64,000 nucleotides of DNA from Blasia pusilla (Eukaryota). Numbering within the stretch: the first letter of the stretch is position 1; each line of letters starts with the position of its first letter. Location of the stretch: positions 34,658,001-34,722,000 of the forward strand of contig CM114271.1 in assembly GCA_050084515.1 (NCBI GenBank). Reading direction: 5' to 3'. The translations under genes and the position numbers were made by a program. Under the pieces are notes generated by a model. It made no database searches. It was not told where the DNA came from and saw only the letters and a list, made by a program, of their open reading frames with translations. Below, one piece after another: positions 53,001-64,000 of this stretch.

Positions 53001-54110
53001 TCACAACCCATGAAGGTTCTACTTGAAACTATCTATTGCAGGATGGCTTCCGATGATACTTCCAACAGATCAAAGGGCAAACACAACACAATTTAGGACG
53101 ATCAGACTATGGAGCATCCCTAGGGTGTTCAGACCCCACATACAACCCACCTTCATTATGCTCCACAACTACACCAAGCCTCGCCTTCATAGCATTCAAC
53201 TGCTTAGGTTAATTTCTAACCTATCATTGTCTTTTCATTCCCTAACTTTTCTTTTCTTGCTTAGATCTAACTCACTACCAAATTCCAGCCAGCTATATGG
53301 ATTTTGCCAATATGATACTCAACGATATCAAGAGTATCCCAGAGGCATAGGCCTGCAACCCAAGTTTGTACAGTCAACTAGCCTAGTGCAAGTGCAAGCT
53401 CTCCAGAGAAGAGAAAGTGCCCGTAGTTTATCACTTTGGTAAGTCACTTTCTTGTATCTTGGAATTTCTGCAAAGTGTCGAGGTCAATAATGATATCAGG
53501 TGATGTGACCTCAACTTTAACATCCTGAAAGTCTAGGAGAATGGGAACTATGTGTAGCTCATCAGTTTGTTGTGCATTGAACTCAAGGAGCTCTCCATTT
53601 GCATCCTTCATCCTGGAGATGAGATAGCTTGCTTTAGTGCTAGTCAAGTCAATGAGCATAGAAATGGGCAGGTGGAATTCATGGCGAAGCATGCGTAACT
53701 AATCAAGCCTAATGCCACGTGAGGCTATACTAAACAGTCTATTCCCTTGAGAGCGTGTTAGGGATGTTTCCTTCAAGTCAACTTTTTTGTACAACAAAGC
53801 CTCTTTCTGGATACCTGAGAAATAGAATAAGAAAAATATGTTAGAGAGTTTGTGGAAGTAGAAGTATTTGGAAGGAATAGAGAAAATAAAGTAACTAAAA
53901 AATGAAGAGAAATTCAACAAGGACTAAGAATTGTACTAGGTGACCTGTTGCCATGGAGTCCTTATTGCGAAAACAAAAATTTCTGGTCCCAGTCCTTTCC
54001 TTGAGTTATAATGGCATGGATCTGCCAACTTGTTATTCCCTCTTCCCAAAAGCCAAGCATAAGACCCAAGTTATCGCAGAATCTCATATGGTTGCATTTT
54101 ATTCACTTCG

Positions 54111-54186
54111 TGTTTCCAAGCTTTGTCATCCACTTCCTGTTTCCAAGCTTTGTCATTCACTTCCTGTTTCCAAGCTTTGTCATTCA
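54111..54186. repeat. 27-bp tandem repeat x~3
   Basis: TGTTTCCAAGCTTTGTCAT(C/T)CACTTCC repeated. Confidence 0.85.
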
Positions 54187-57100
54187 TTGCTCCAACTAAC
54201 TACAAGCCCTGCTTTCTTTCTCAGGTGGTACAACCAATAAGCAATTTTCTAGCATTACTCTGATTTTGAATTTGGGCCCATAAGAGTACTTGCAACAAGT
54301 GTTCTTCACTCTCTATCAGTCGTTTCAACATTTCCAGAATTTTCTTAACCAACTTATATAGTTGAACATAAAAATTGCTTGTTCTTTGGAAATACTACCT
54401 CAATTGGACACTTCTACTCAAGCCTACAATGCCTACTTATATTTATGATTTTTCCTCTGTTTCATTACTCAATGAAATTTTCTACTTTCAAGTCTGCAGC
54501 TGGTGTATCATTTCTTGTGAACCGTTTCTTATATTTACCTATCCAAGCATATGTATGGTTCCATTTTCTTCCATGCAATGAGATTTTCAAGACATTTTAC
54601 TTCCCACACAATGTACTCTATTTACAAATTATTGTTCCTAGTATCAATGTAATTATTTGTGTACATTCTTCCATTCCATTATTCCTGCTTTACCTCACTT
54701 CAATTTCAGATCTGATTCACTTCAATTTCTTTCTACTCTCTGGTTCGGACAAGGCTCTCAGCACATCATCCACCATACAACCAGAAAACATCTTCAGCAG
54801 TTCAAGCTCTACATCCACCTACTGCTGCACCATCTACTTCAGAGCACAATTTCCAATATCACACTGCCAACGGTTGTTGAGCAGAATCGACTATTTGCAA
54901 GATCAAAATGCACATCTAAGATTAGATGTGGATGTACTCGAGAGCATAATTTCAATACTTTCAGGTGAAGCCAACGAGTCTGCACTTCAGAGCTCACAAT
55001 ATAAGCAAAACATTGTAGAGGCAAATCTGTACTTCAATGATTTCTTGGAAGATGTAGGAGATTAAGTGCGGAATAAATCCGGCTTACAGAGGAAGGCAGC
55101 AAAGATACACAAACTTCAAAGTAGACATTTCCATACAGTACACCATAGGGGAGTTGCATTGTTATGTAAGCAATGCTATTGCTTTGTGATTGACAATACT
55201 TCTATCCCACTATAACTTCATAAGAACTTTTATTTTTGTGTTGGCATACAACTAATCTACTTTATTGGAATACTTTCTATATATGAGTAGACCTCTACAA
55301 CTGCTCTATGGACCTTATAAGCATGTGCATCTCTTGTTTAATCTTTATCTAATATTATGCCTACTTTTGACTCACTTCAGTTCTATGTAAAGCAGCTTAC
55401 TATTTCAGGATTTACTATTCCTTCCTTTATGTATTCCAGGATAATATCAGCTCTATTTTTAGAATCCACCCAGAAATCTGTTTATTCTTCACAGCAAGCT
55501 ATGACAACCACATACAACACAAATAGTCTTCAAAGCATTCATGTACTCACCGTTACAACTCCACTAAAAGTTTTACACTTACTCCTGCCCCAAGCATATG
55601 TCACATTCAAACTCACTTCGGTATCATTGTCCATGACTACAAAGAATATATCCATCTAAGGTAATATTCATAGATTACACAACACTCCAAAAAATTAGGC
55701 CATCGATATTTTTCTAAGTACACATCATGTTTTTTCCCTTTTCAAACTCACTTACTACTTCTGTACACCAATTTAATTATTACTTTTCTACTTCTAACAT
55801 TTATAATACCTACATCTCAAGGTATGTTTTTTCCACCTATCTCTTTTACACCTTCTTCAAAACTTTTGGCCGCACACTTGTTTAAATTATTAAAAATACA
55901 TTTCCGTACGAAGAGACGAGGATGCTATGCTAACTAGCTGTTTTAAAGTCCAAGAGTGGTCGCCCTTGCAATCATTTGTCTGTAGTAGTGATGCGCTCGC
56001 TAGAAATCCCGCAAGTTCCGTACATGTGTAGTGAAGAGAGAAATCCCGCAAGTTAAGTACGTATGTTGTGAAGAGATCCCGCAAGTTATGTACGTATGCA
56101 GTGAGGAGAGTACGGTTAATTCGAAACTTGAGTGTGTAACATGGATTGTAGTAAGCCTGGGTGGGTGGACTGCGAAATCTGATTGAGGGCGTTTGTAGCA
56201 GGAATCTTTTTGTACCAGATCGGACTCGTCAACACAAAGATCCTCAATTCGAGTGTGTGGAATTCGAATTTCAAATTCTGTAACTGAGGAGGTGAGTGTG
56301 ACTGAATTTAGGATGCGTTGAGTCTTGAATTTGATTGAAGGGGTGCTTTTCCCTTGGAATTCGAACGGATAGAGGCTAGAATTACGATCTCCTTTTTAGA
56401 GTGCATCGTTCGTAGCCGGAGAGTGCTGATAAAGCTCAGCCTGTAGCGTGTGAACTGGATGTCGAATATTCGGGGGTTCGATCTAGAAGAGTCGGAGGAT
56501 TTGTGATCATCGCTCAGAAGAACCTTTTGCAAAAATGGCCGTTAGACAAACCGTTATGTAACCTGTTTGTATCCCGGGCAATGTTTAAACGTTTACGGCT
56601 TTGGTAGAAATGCGCCGGTTATGCTTTGAGGTCCACTGCAAAGAGTTACGTTTATCCATGCGTAATTTCTGGTGCATATGTCTTGCTAGTCTCTTGATCT
56701 CATCGAGTTTTGGAGAAGCGTGTGCTTCTTTCAAAACTGTGTCAATCAATCAGGCAAAGTTTTAGTTGGATCAGCGTGAACGATTTGCGTATGGATGACT
56801 TGTAACAGCTAAATCTTACGTTCCGAGTGCGCTGTGGACCGAAAGCTGTGCAGTAAGTCAAGACGCATCGGGAGATCTGATCTCTCGTTTCTATTCGCCT
56901 CTCATCTCTGGTAGTCGATACCATCCCTCGGGAATAGCAGTTTGTCGACCAATGGTTGGGCAACCATAGACAAACTATCAGAGATCAGTCGTTGCGGATT
57001 TGTGTGTTTGTGAATGAATTGTCTAATCATATAATTATCAGCTGTCCTTTTTCTGTAACATCGATTCCACATTACTTGTTTTGTTTCTTGGACTTTTCTA

Positions 57101-59359
57101 TACGATCTGGACCCTCTCCCTAAATTTCTTCGTGTCGGGATTGTGACTGACAGTAGTTGTGTCATTCCTGGACAGTTTGCAGATGTTTTATGAAGGAATC
57201 GAAATCAGTGTACCCAGGGTGATGAGCTACAAAAAATGGACTGTCATACTCAATCAGTCTACTAGTATCCGAGTCTTGCTCATAAATTTGCGCCAACTGG
57301 ACCTCCCACTCGCAGGAAGCAAATCACTATTATCGCTGCCCAGAGCGACAATGCAAGAGCCAAGTGCGGATTCATTTCAAGGCTAGGGACAAAGTTGGTA
57401 AGACTTACAAGACCCGCGCGTCGTGAAAGTTCATCGTATGCTAGAGGCTGTGAATAGAAGCAATGTAGGAGCGTAGTAGAACCCTGTGACCTCTGAAGCA
57501 GTTATGGTCGCCTTGGAAGGAGCTGACTGTCACGAAGACGTAATGTTCGCAGTCTTGGACGTCTTTGAATGAATTTGACGGCTAGGAATGAATTTGAATG
57601 AGGTTAGCCAATAGCGGAGTTGTCGCTTTGGGCCCGAATATCTGGCACTGCAGACAAGTGTGCAAAATGTGGTCCCATGGCTGCCCTACTAGGTCCCACC
57701 CTCCGAGAATCAAAATTTCGTACTCAATTGGACACACTTCTTTGTTAATCGTATGCTCCTCCCTCTTCAATTCGCTGTCCTTATAAGTCTCAGGCTGTCC
57801 GCCCACAGCAATGAAAAAACCTGTTACGAAATATAGGATGCTATGTTATGTTCCAACTCTCTGTTTGAAGGTTCCATCAATTGATGGTTGGAATCCTTAG
57901 GATTAGTCAAAGCATTGGACAGTGAAAGCCGGACATTGGAAAGAGTTCCCAAGTTTTTCCAGTTTCCATGCCATTTCAACTTATTTTCTAATTGTATTGG
58001 GGGATAGTTGATGTTTGCCGCTCAGAGATCGGCACGCTGGCCTTTTGAGGGTTGGGATCAGTTTCTTTTAGGGATTCAGATATCCATGGTCATTCTAGAA
58101 CAGATTCAAATTTCAATTTGTGAAACTGCGACTTGATCTGAATCCGGCAGGTCGTCTTGTCATTACAACCTTTGAACGGGCATCCTTCACAATCCTATTT
58201 TTCTTCATTTAAGTTCTACACCGAGCTCGAGACCATCTTTAGGATGCTTAAAGGTGTGTAGGAGACTGGCAATTCTGATTGCCTAGTGTTCCTCCACGCC
58301 AGTGAGTTTACTTTTTGGCCCATTTAAGACATTCATCAGTAAGTAGGTTCTCGGTGCAATCAAACATCCCGTCCATATTTGAAGTAATCTTCCCTAACTG
58401 GCAAACATGGATAGCCAGTTAAGGATAATCGACTACTTTCGAAGTTGATTGATTCTCGTAATGAGTCTAGGTATGGGATATTTTTGGCCTATTATTGGCA
58501 CATTTGTAGGAGTACTACCTAGAGTTACCTACTACAATTCCAGTGAATCTTTCAAGACCTGGTTTGATGATAACCTCACTGCCTCCTCTTCTGATCAATG
58601 ATAATCTTCATGGACTCATGATGTTCGAGAGTGAAGAAAAGCATGAAAGCTGATAAAAAATCTAGGTCAGACAGGAAGCTTTAAGTAGTTTCAAACTTAG
58701 AGGGTATAAACACGAAATACAAACTGAATGAAGAACTGGCAACACCTTGGTCAGATTCCTGAACTTAGTAGTCCTCACTCATTGTGCCATACTGTTTGAT
58801 CGATCATCCATTGAGCTCATCGACAGATTAAGGTCATTTTGGCACGAGTTTACAAGTTAACATACCTTTACCCTATGAAAATCTGATGTACGTTCAAAAA
58901 ATTGTCCTAGCAGACTGTAAAGAAGCTCAACTAATCATGATGACGAGAACTTCGTAATATATCCAGTTGTACCTTGACTGCTAGTGCTAGAGTGATTACT
59001 ACCTTGATCTATATTTCATGTGAACTTATGATATTCGCTGCTTTTGCTAGCTGATTCACTGGGTCACTGAGATGAGCACTCGATCAACCATGCTGACACC
59101 ACCAGATTCGATAGTTGTCAGATTCGAATCCAAATTCTGGACGAAGTCGATAACTTTGATCATAACTGGATGTTTCTTTTGAACCTTGCTTGAATGTTCT
59201 AGATATCATCTTTTCATGCCTTCATGTTGTTTGAAACCTGTGGAGCTGACTTGTCCGGAGGGACTTGTTCACATCAATATAACTACTACAAGTTTTCTCT
59301 TTTGTTGTCCATATATTTACAATTGTGAATGTGCAACTGTACCGCGCTTCTGTTTACTT

Positions 59360-61664
59360 TCTTCTTGAAAGGGAGCAGACGAACGCAGGTACTGGAGAAA
59401 ATAGTTCTTGGTACCCTGAAGATAGAGAAAAATTCGCTTAACTGCTGTCCAATGAATGGGACTTGGGCTTGTCATAAACTGAGCAACGGTGCTCACAACA
59501 AAGGCGATATCGGGGCGAGTGCAGACCAACGCCCACATAAGGCTGCCTGCAGCGCTTTTATAAGGAATCGAAGACATAGCAGCAATGTCAGCATCGTCAA
59601 CGGGAGAGTGGTCTTTACTGAGGTGGAGGCCAAAATCGAATCGGGTAGAAATAGGCCTGCAGTCCTGCATCTGAAATTGCGTCAACTTATTCTTCAGGTA
59701 TGTCGTTTGATTTAATCTTATCCAACCTTGTTCACGATCACGTTGAATATGCATTCCTAGGACGTGATACGCCTCACCCAGGTCGGTCATCTCAAATTGT
59801 TGGCGAAGCATAGTTTTGACAAAAGTAAGAAGTTCAGGGCTAGAGCTAGCCAGGATGGTGTCATCCACATAGAGTGCAGGAATAAGAAATTGAGAATCCT
59901 TGCGCAGAATGTAGATGTTAGAATCTGCCGTTGTGCTGACAAAGCCAAGGTTAAATAGGGCAAAATGAAATCGCTCATACCACATTCGAGCAGATTGCTT
60001 CAGCCCATAAATGGACTGTCCAAGAAGACAAACCATGTGGCGATCAGGAACTGAAAGCCCTTGGGGAAGGTCCATGAAAATCTGCTGCTTCAAGAAACCA
60101 TACAGAAAAGCAGCAATGACGTCCAACTGATGGAGGTCAAGATTAAAATAAGCTGCAATAGCAATCAAAAGACGAAGAGATTGTAACTTCACCGTAGGAG
60201 AAAACGTCTCTTCATAGTCTATATCCTGGATTTGAGTGAAGCCCTTGGCAGCAAGCCAGGCTTTATATTTGTGGATTCGGCCGTCATATGTGGGCTTAAT
60301 CTTGAAAACCCACCGACAACCCACAGTACTCCGATCAGGAGGAAGCGGCACAAGAGTCCAAGCCTGCATTCGGGCCATGTTGGCTAATTCGGCAGAAACA
60401 ACAGACTTCCAATGAACTGCATCTGGCCCGGTTATAGCTTCTTCATACAATTGAGGTTCATAAAAAGAATCAGTTGAAGAGACAAGAGCCCAACGCTTCT
60501 AAGAAGCTCGTTGTTTATCTTTCTCAGCTTCAGCAAGGGTATCGAAACGCTCAATCTGCTTGGTAATTCGAGGACTCCTCCGTTTAGCAAGCGGAGGGGA
60601 GCTTGGCCGAGGTCTCTGTCCATCACCAGAAGTCGATTTAGAAGTAGGAGAAGAAGAGCCTCCCACGGTAGAGGAAACAGATGGAGATGCGGGAACTCCC
60701 ACTGAAGAGGAAATGCTTGGTGAAACTGGGACTCCCACTGAAGATGGAACGGGCAATGGAGAAGGAAGTGGCAACAAGCTTGAAGAATTCGGAGAAGCCC
60801 GAAAGAAAAGTGGATCAGAACGAATAGCTAGATCATCATCTGCATCATAAGAAGCAGAATGGATAGGATGTGGAATAGCCGTACGGACCTTGTCTTCCAG
60901 TACAACAGCATGACGAAAAATGATGATCTTTCTGTCCAGAGTCCGCTGCAGACGTAAGGCTTTGCTTTGGTCACTACAGCCCAGAAAAAACATTCCTCGG
61001 TCTGAAAATCTAACTTGGAATGAGGATCATTGATCTTAACAAAAGCGGGACTGCCATAAATTCTAAGGTGGGAAAGCAGAGGTTTACGATTAAACCAGAG
61101 TTCATATGGGGTTTTAGAAATAGGCATGGCTTTGTTGGGAAGGCGATTCTGAAGATAATTGGGAGTGACTAGAGCTTCACCCCGATAGGATTTAGCTAGA
61201 GCGGTGAAGCTCTAGTCACTCCCAATTATCTTCAGAATCGCCTTCCCAACAAACAGATCGAACAGAATTGACAAGAGTGCGATTCTTTTGTTCAGAAACG
61301 CCGTTCTGCTGAGGTGTATGAGGAAAAAAACTGCCTAGAAATGCCTCTCGGAATACAAAAATCATTAAAAATAGAGGATCGATACTCGCCACCATTGTCA
61401 GAACGAAGCATCTTGACGCAACGTGGTTGATGCAGATTCTCAACTAATGCCACAAACCGCTCAAATCGGGAAAGTACCTCAGATTTGTGGAGCATCAGAT
61501 AAAAGTGTAGTGTAGCGAGACAAATCATCAATAAACAGCAGGAAATAGTGGAAGCCAGAATGAGTAGGAGGAGAAATTGGTCCGCACATATATGTGTGAA
61601 TTAAATCGAGAATGTCACAAGCTCTATGTGCGGGTATGTGGGGAAAAGATTTGTGGGTTTGCTT
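59360..61664 (-). mobile_element. Ty1/Copia retrotransposon internal fragment (INT-RT), RNase H missing
   Basis: INT LRSDNGGEY, PHTPQQNGVSE, TPYELWF. RT ORF 59317-60450 has CRWVFKIK, AKGFTQ, SIYGLKQSARMW, LYVDD and TRPDIAF. Cut off after YLQGTKNYFLQY. Confidence 0.92.
61131..61253. repeat. Perfect 51-bp inverted repeat with 21-nt loop
   Basis: 61131-61181 is the exact reverse complement of 61203-61253. Confidence 0.95.
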
Positions 61665-64000
61665 TGTTAGATTCTAGTAGATCGGCGCAACAAATCGGTC
61701 CATTAGTGTGTACTAGTTAGTTGATCCTTGTGTTTCTCACAAGGATCAACCAAGATGAATGGATTAGATTACCCTTGATTTTAGGGACAATTTCTGTCCA
61801 CTAGTTTCCTTCTGATGTCGTTTCATATTTGTAGAGTTAGAACGACGCATATATTGTTTAGCCTTCTTTCTCTATTAGTGGCGGAAAGTTTGTATCGGCA
61901 TTCATTCCTTTTACGATCATTAAATCTAGTCTGAGCATTTGAGCATTTACTCTCTCTTGATCATTTCTAATATCTTTACATGGTATCTGAGCCAGGTTGC
62001 TAGTCACTACGCTTACGATTTCAAGAGAGGATTGGAATTTGAGGGATGCTTCAACATTCCTAGAGTAGAGGGGACACCTTCTACTCAAACACCTTTCTCA
62101 TTTTTGTCTTCTTGGTGGCTGCGGACTTCAGATTCTTACGAATTCAAAGTCTTTGACCCTTTTTTGTCATTTTCATCAATTCGCAATGGTGAATACTAGT
62201 ATGCTGCTCAAGATCAAGGACATCCCGAAATTCGACGGGACCTATTTCTATATCTGGCATTTTTGCATGATGTTGTTTCTAGATGCCAAAGGTTTAACAT
62301 GCATTGTTGACGGCACGATTGTTAAGCCGACAACTGCCACTGCTTCTGCAACAGGAATAGGGAGTGTTCAAGAATGGGATACACTCAATAAGGTAGCCTT
62401 ATCTATTATCGCGAATCGACTAGACAACTTGCAAGTCCATCATATTAGTGTTTCGAAGACGGCCGTTGAAGCTTGGTCCAAATTGGACACCTTATACCAA
62501 GCGCGCGATGCCGTGACGAAAATGTACTTGCAAGATGAGCTTCAAACCCTCAAGATGAAGGAGGGAGACAGTGTTACTAAGCACGTTCACCAATTTTGCA
62601 CCTTGATTGATCAACTTTCTGCCGCCCGCTCAGTAATTACAGATGAGAATCAGTATTTGGCATTGATGCGATCAATGCCCAATAGTTATCGCAATTTGCT
62701 AACCTCTTTAAGAAGTCAAAAGAATCTGACTCTTCAGACGGTGATAACTTATCTTCTCTAGGAGGAGAAGATGATGAAGACGCAAACATCAGAGCCATCT
62801 TTTGCACTTTTCGTTGGACGAGGCGTAGGTCCTTCCAATTATAAGCCGAAGTTTGGTGGCCACAAGCAAGGTGGCTATCCATCAAGAGGATACGATAGAG
62901 GCAAGGTGCCTCAGAAAGGCGTTGGTTCTTTCATATCATGATTTGTTCATGCATTTTCAGCGAATTCATCCAAAGGAGAATCGCCAGGTAATACTGGTGA
63001 TTGGCAATCACTGTCCTCTAGTCAACAGAATAACTATCAAAGGATGAAGTGTTTTTAGTACAATCTGCTGGGAAATCATATCAAATTGCCGCAAGCGTCT
63101 TGCTGACCAGCAATTGCAATCCAAATCTCAGGTTCCCCAAGCCCATATGACTTCCCATCTGTTTGTTACAGTAGCATATTCCACTACGGGATTGGAAATC
63201 CAAGATAACATCTGGTATCTTGATACTAGAGCTACACATCACATGGCATTTTCCAGTGATTATTTTTCTAATTCTACTCCATACAAGCGGCCTGTGTATG
63301 TTTACCTTGGAGACATTTCGACTCAAGCAATTCATGGGACCGGCACGGTTGAGATTCTCCTCTCTGAAGGAACTCCACATTCTCTTTGAAATGTGCTGCA
63401 TATACCAAGCCTCAAGAAGAATTGATTTTCCGTTTAACATCTTGACGCAGTCGGAGGTTCAGCTTTGATCAGCAATGGCACATGTGTCCTATAAAATCCC
63501 AAAGGAGAATTGATAACTATTTGCTATCTTCTCAATGATTTGTATAAGTTGGGAGAAGTTGTTTACCTTCCCCATGTTCATCTTTTGTAGTCGCTAATGT
63601 AGTCCTTCCTCACTCGGATGCTTTTTGGCATTGCCATTTGGGACACATTAGTTCAACTCGTATTTCTCAACTTCAATCCCAATAGATGATGGATGGCATT
63701 CGTGATCACAATCCTTCTCACACTTCCTCTTGCACTGCTTGTCTGTATGGCAAGCAAACCCCCAAATCTTTTCCCTCTAGCATACTCGCACATAGAGCTT
63801 CTGGCATTCTTGATTTCATTCACACAAATATCTGCGGACCAATTTCTCCTCCTACTCATTCTGGGTCTGCTATTTCTTGCTATTTATTGATGATTTCTCT
63901 CGCTACATTTCACTTTATCTAATGCTGCACAAATTTGAGGGACTTCCCCGATTTGAGCGGTTTGTGGCATTAGTTGAGAATCTGCATCAACCACGTTGTG
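61665..64000 (+). mobile_element. Ty1/Copia retrotransposon 5' part (LTR 61665-61980, PBS, gag-PR-INT), running off the window
   Basis: LTR TGTTAG...TTTACA. PBS TGGTATCTGAGCC at 61981 is tRNA-iMet-like. Gag from ATG 62186 (IPKFDGTYFYIW...LKMKEGDSV); PR WYLDTRATHHM; WHCHLGHIS; CTACLYGKQ. Disrupted. Confidence 0.92.

Noticed and set aside
54111-56110. Short repeats as a CRISPR array
   Set aside because: These are head-to-tail tandem units without unique spacers, in a eukaryotic context with no cas genes.
60560-60850. Acidic 96-aa plus-strand ORF (GTPTEE repeats)
   Set aside because: It is the antisense shadow of the Ser/Pro-rich INT-RT linker of the minus-strand Copia.

Overview
Eukaryotic, land-plant-type genomic DNA (spliced genes; probably a non-flowering plant, which is inference only), dominated by decayed transposons. 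There are three intact-looking two-exon host genes: a BTB/POZ protein (982-2114 +), a PR-10/Bet v 1 protein (4955-6091 -) and an At1g01500-like protein (26391-27766 -). The most notable feature is a Ty3/Gypsy-type retroelement family present in two decayed copies: 12403-21156 with both termini, and 38890-~46025, which is 3'-truncated. It has three unusual properties. (1) Its polyprotein carries a DNMT3-like C5 cytosine methyltransferase between the protease and RT. (2) Its integrase ends in a PHD finger. (3) It lacks ordinary LTRs and instead has split direct repeats (A...B-A-B), although it encodes a DDE integrase, has TG..CA ends and has a 4-bp TSD (AAGG). Other elements are a decayed Helitron (PIF1 helicase, an adjacent GMC/cholesterol-oxidase-like exon that may be captured, and an inserted hAT-type MITE), short non-autonomous Helitrons, CACTA remnants, and a Copia nested head-to-head in another Copia of the same family.
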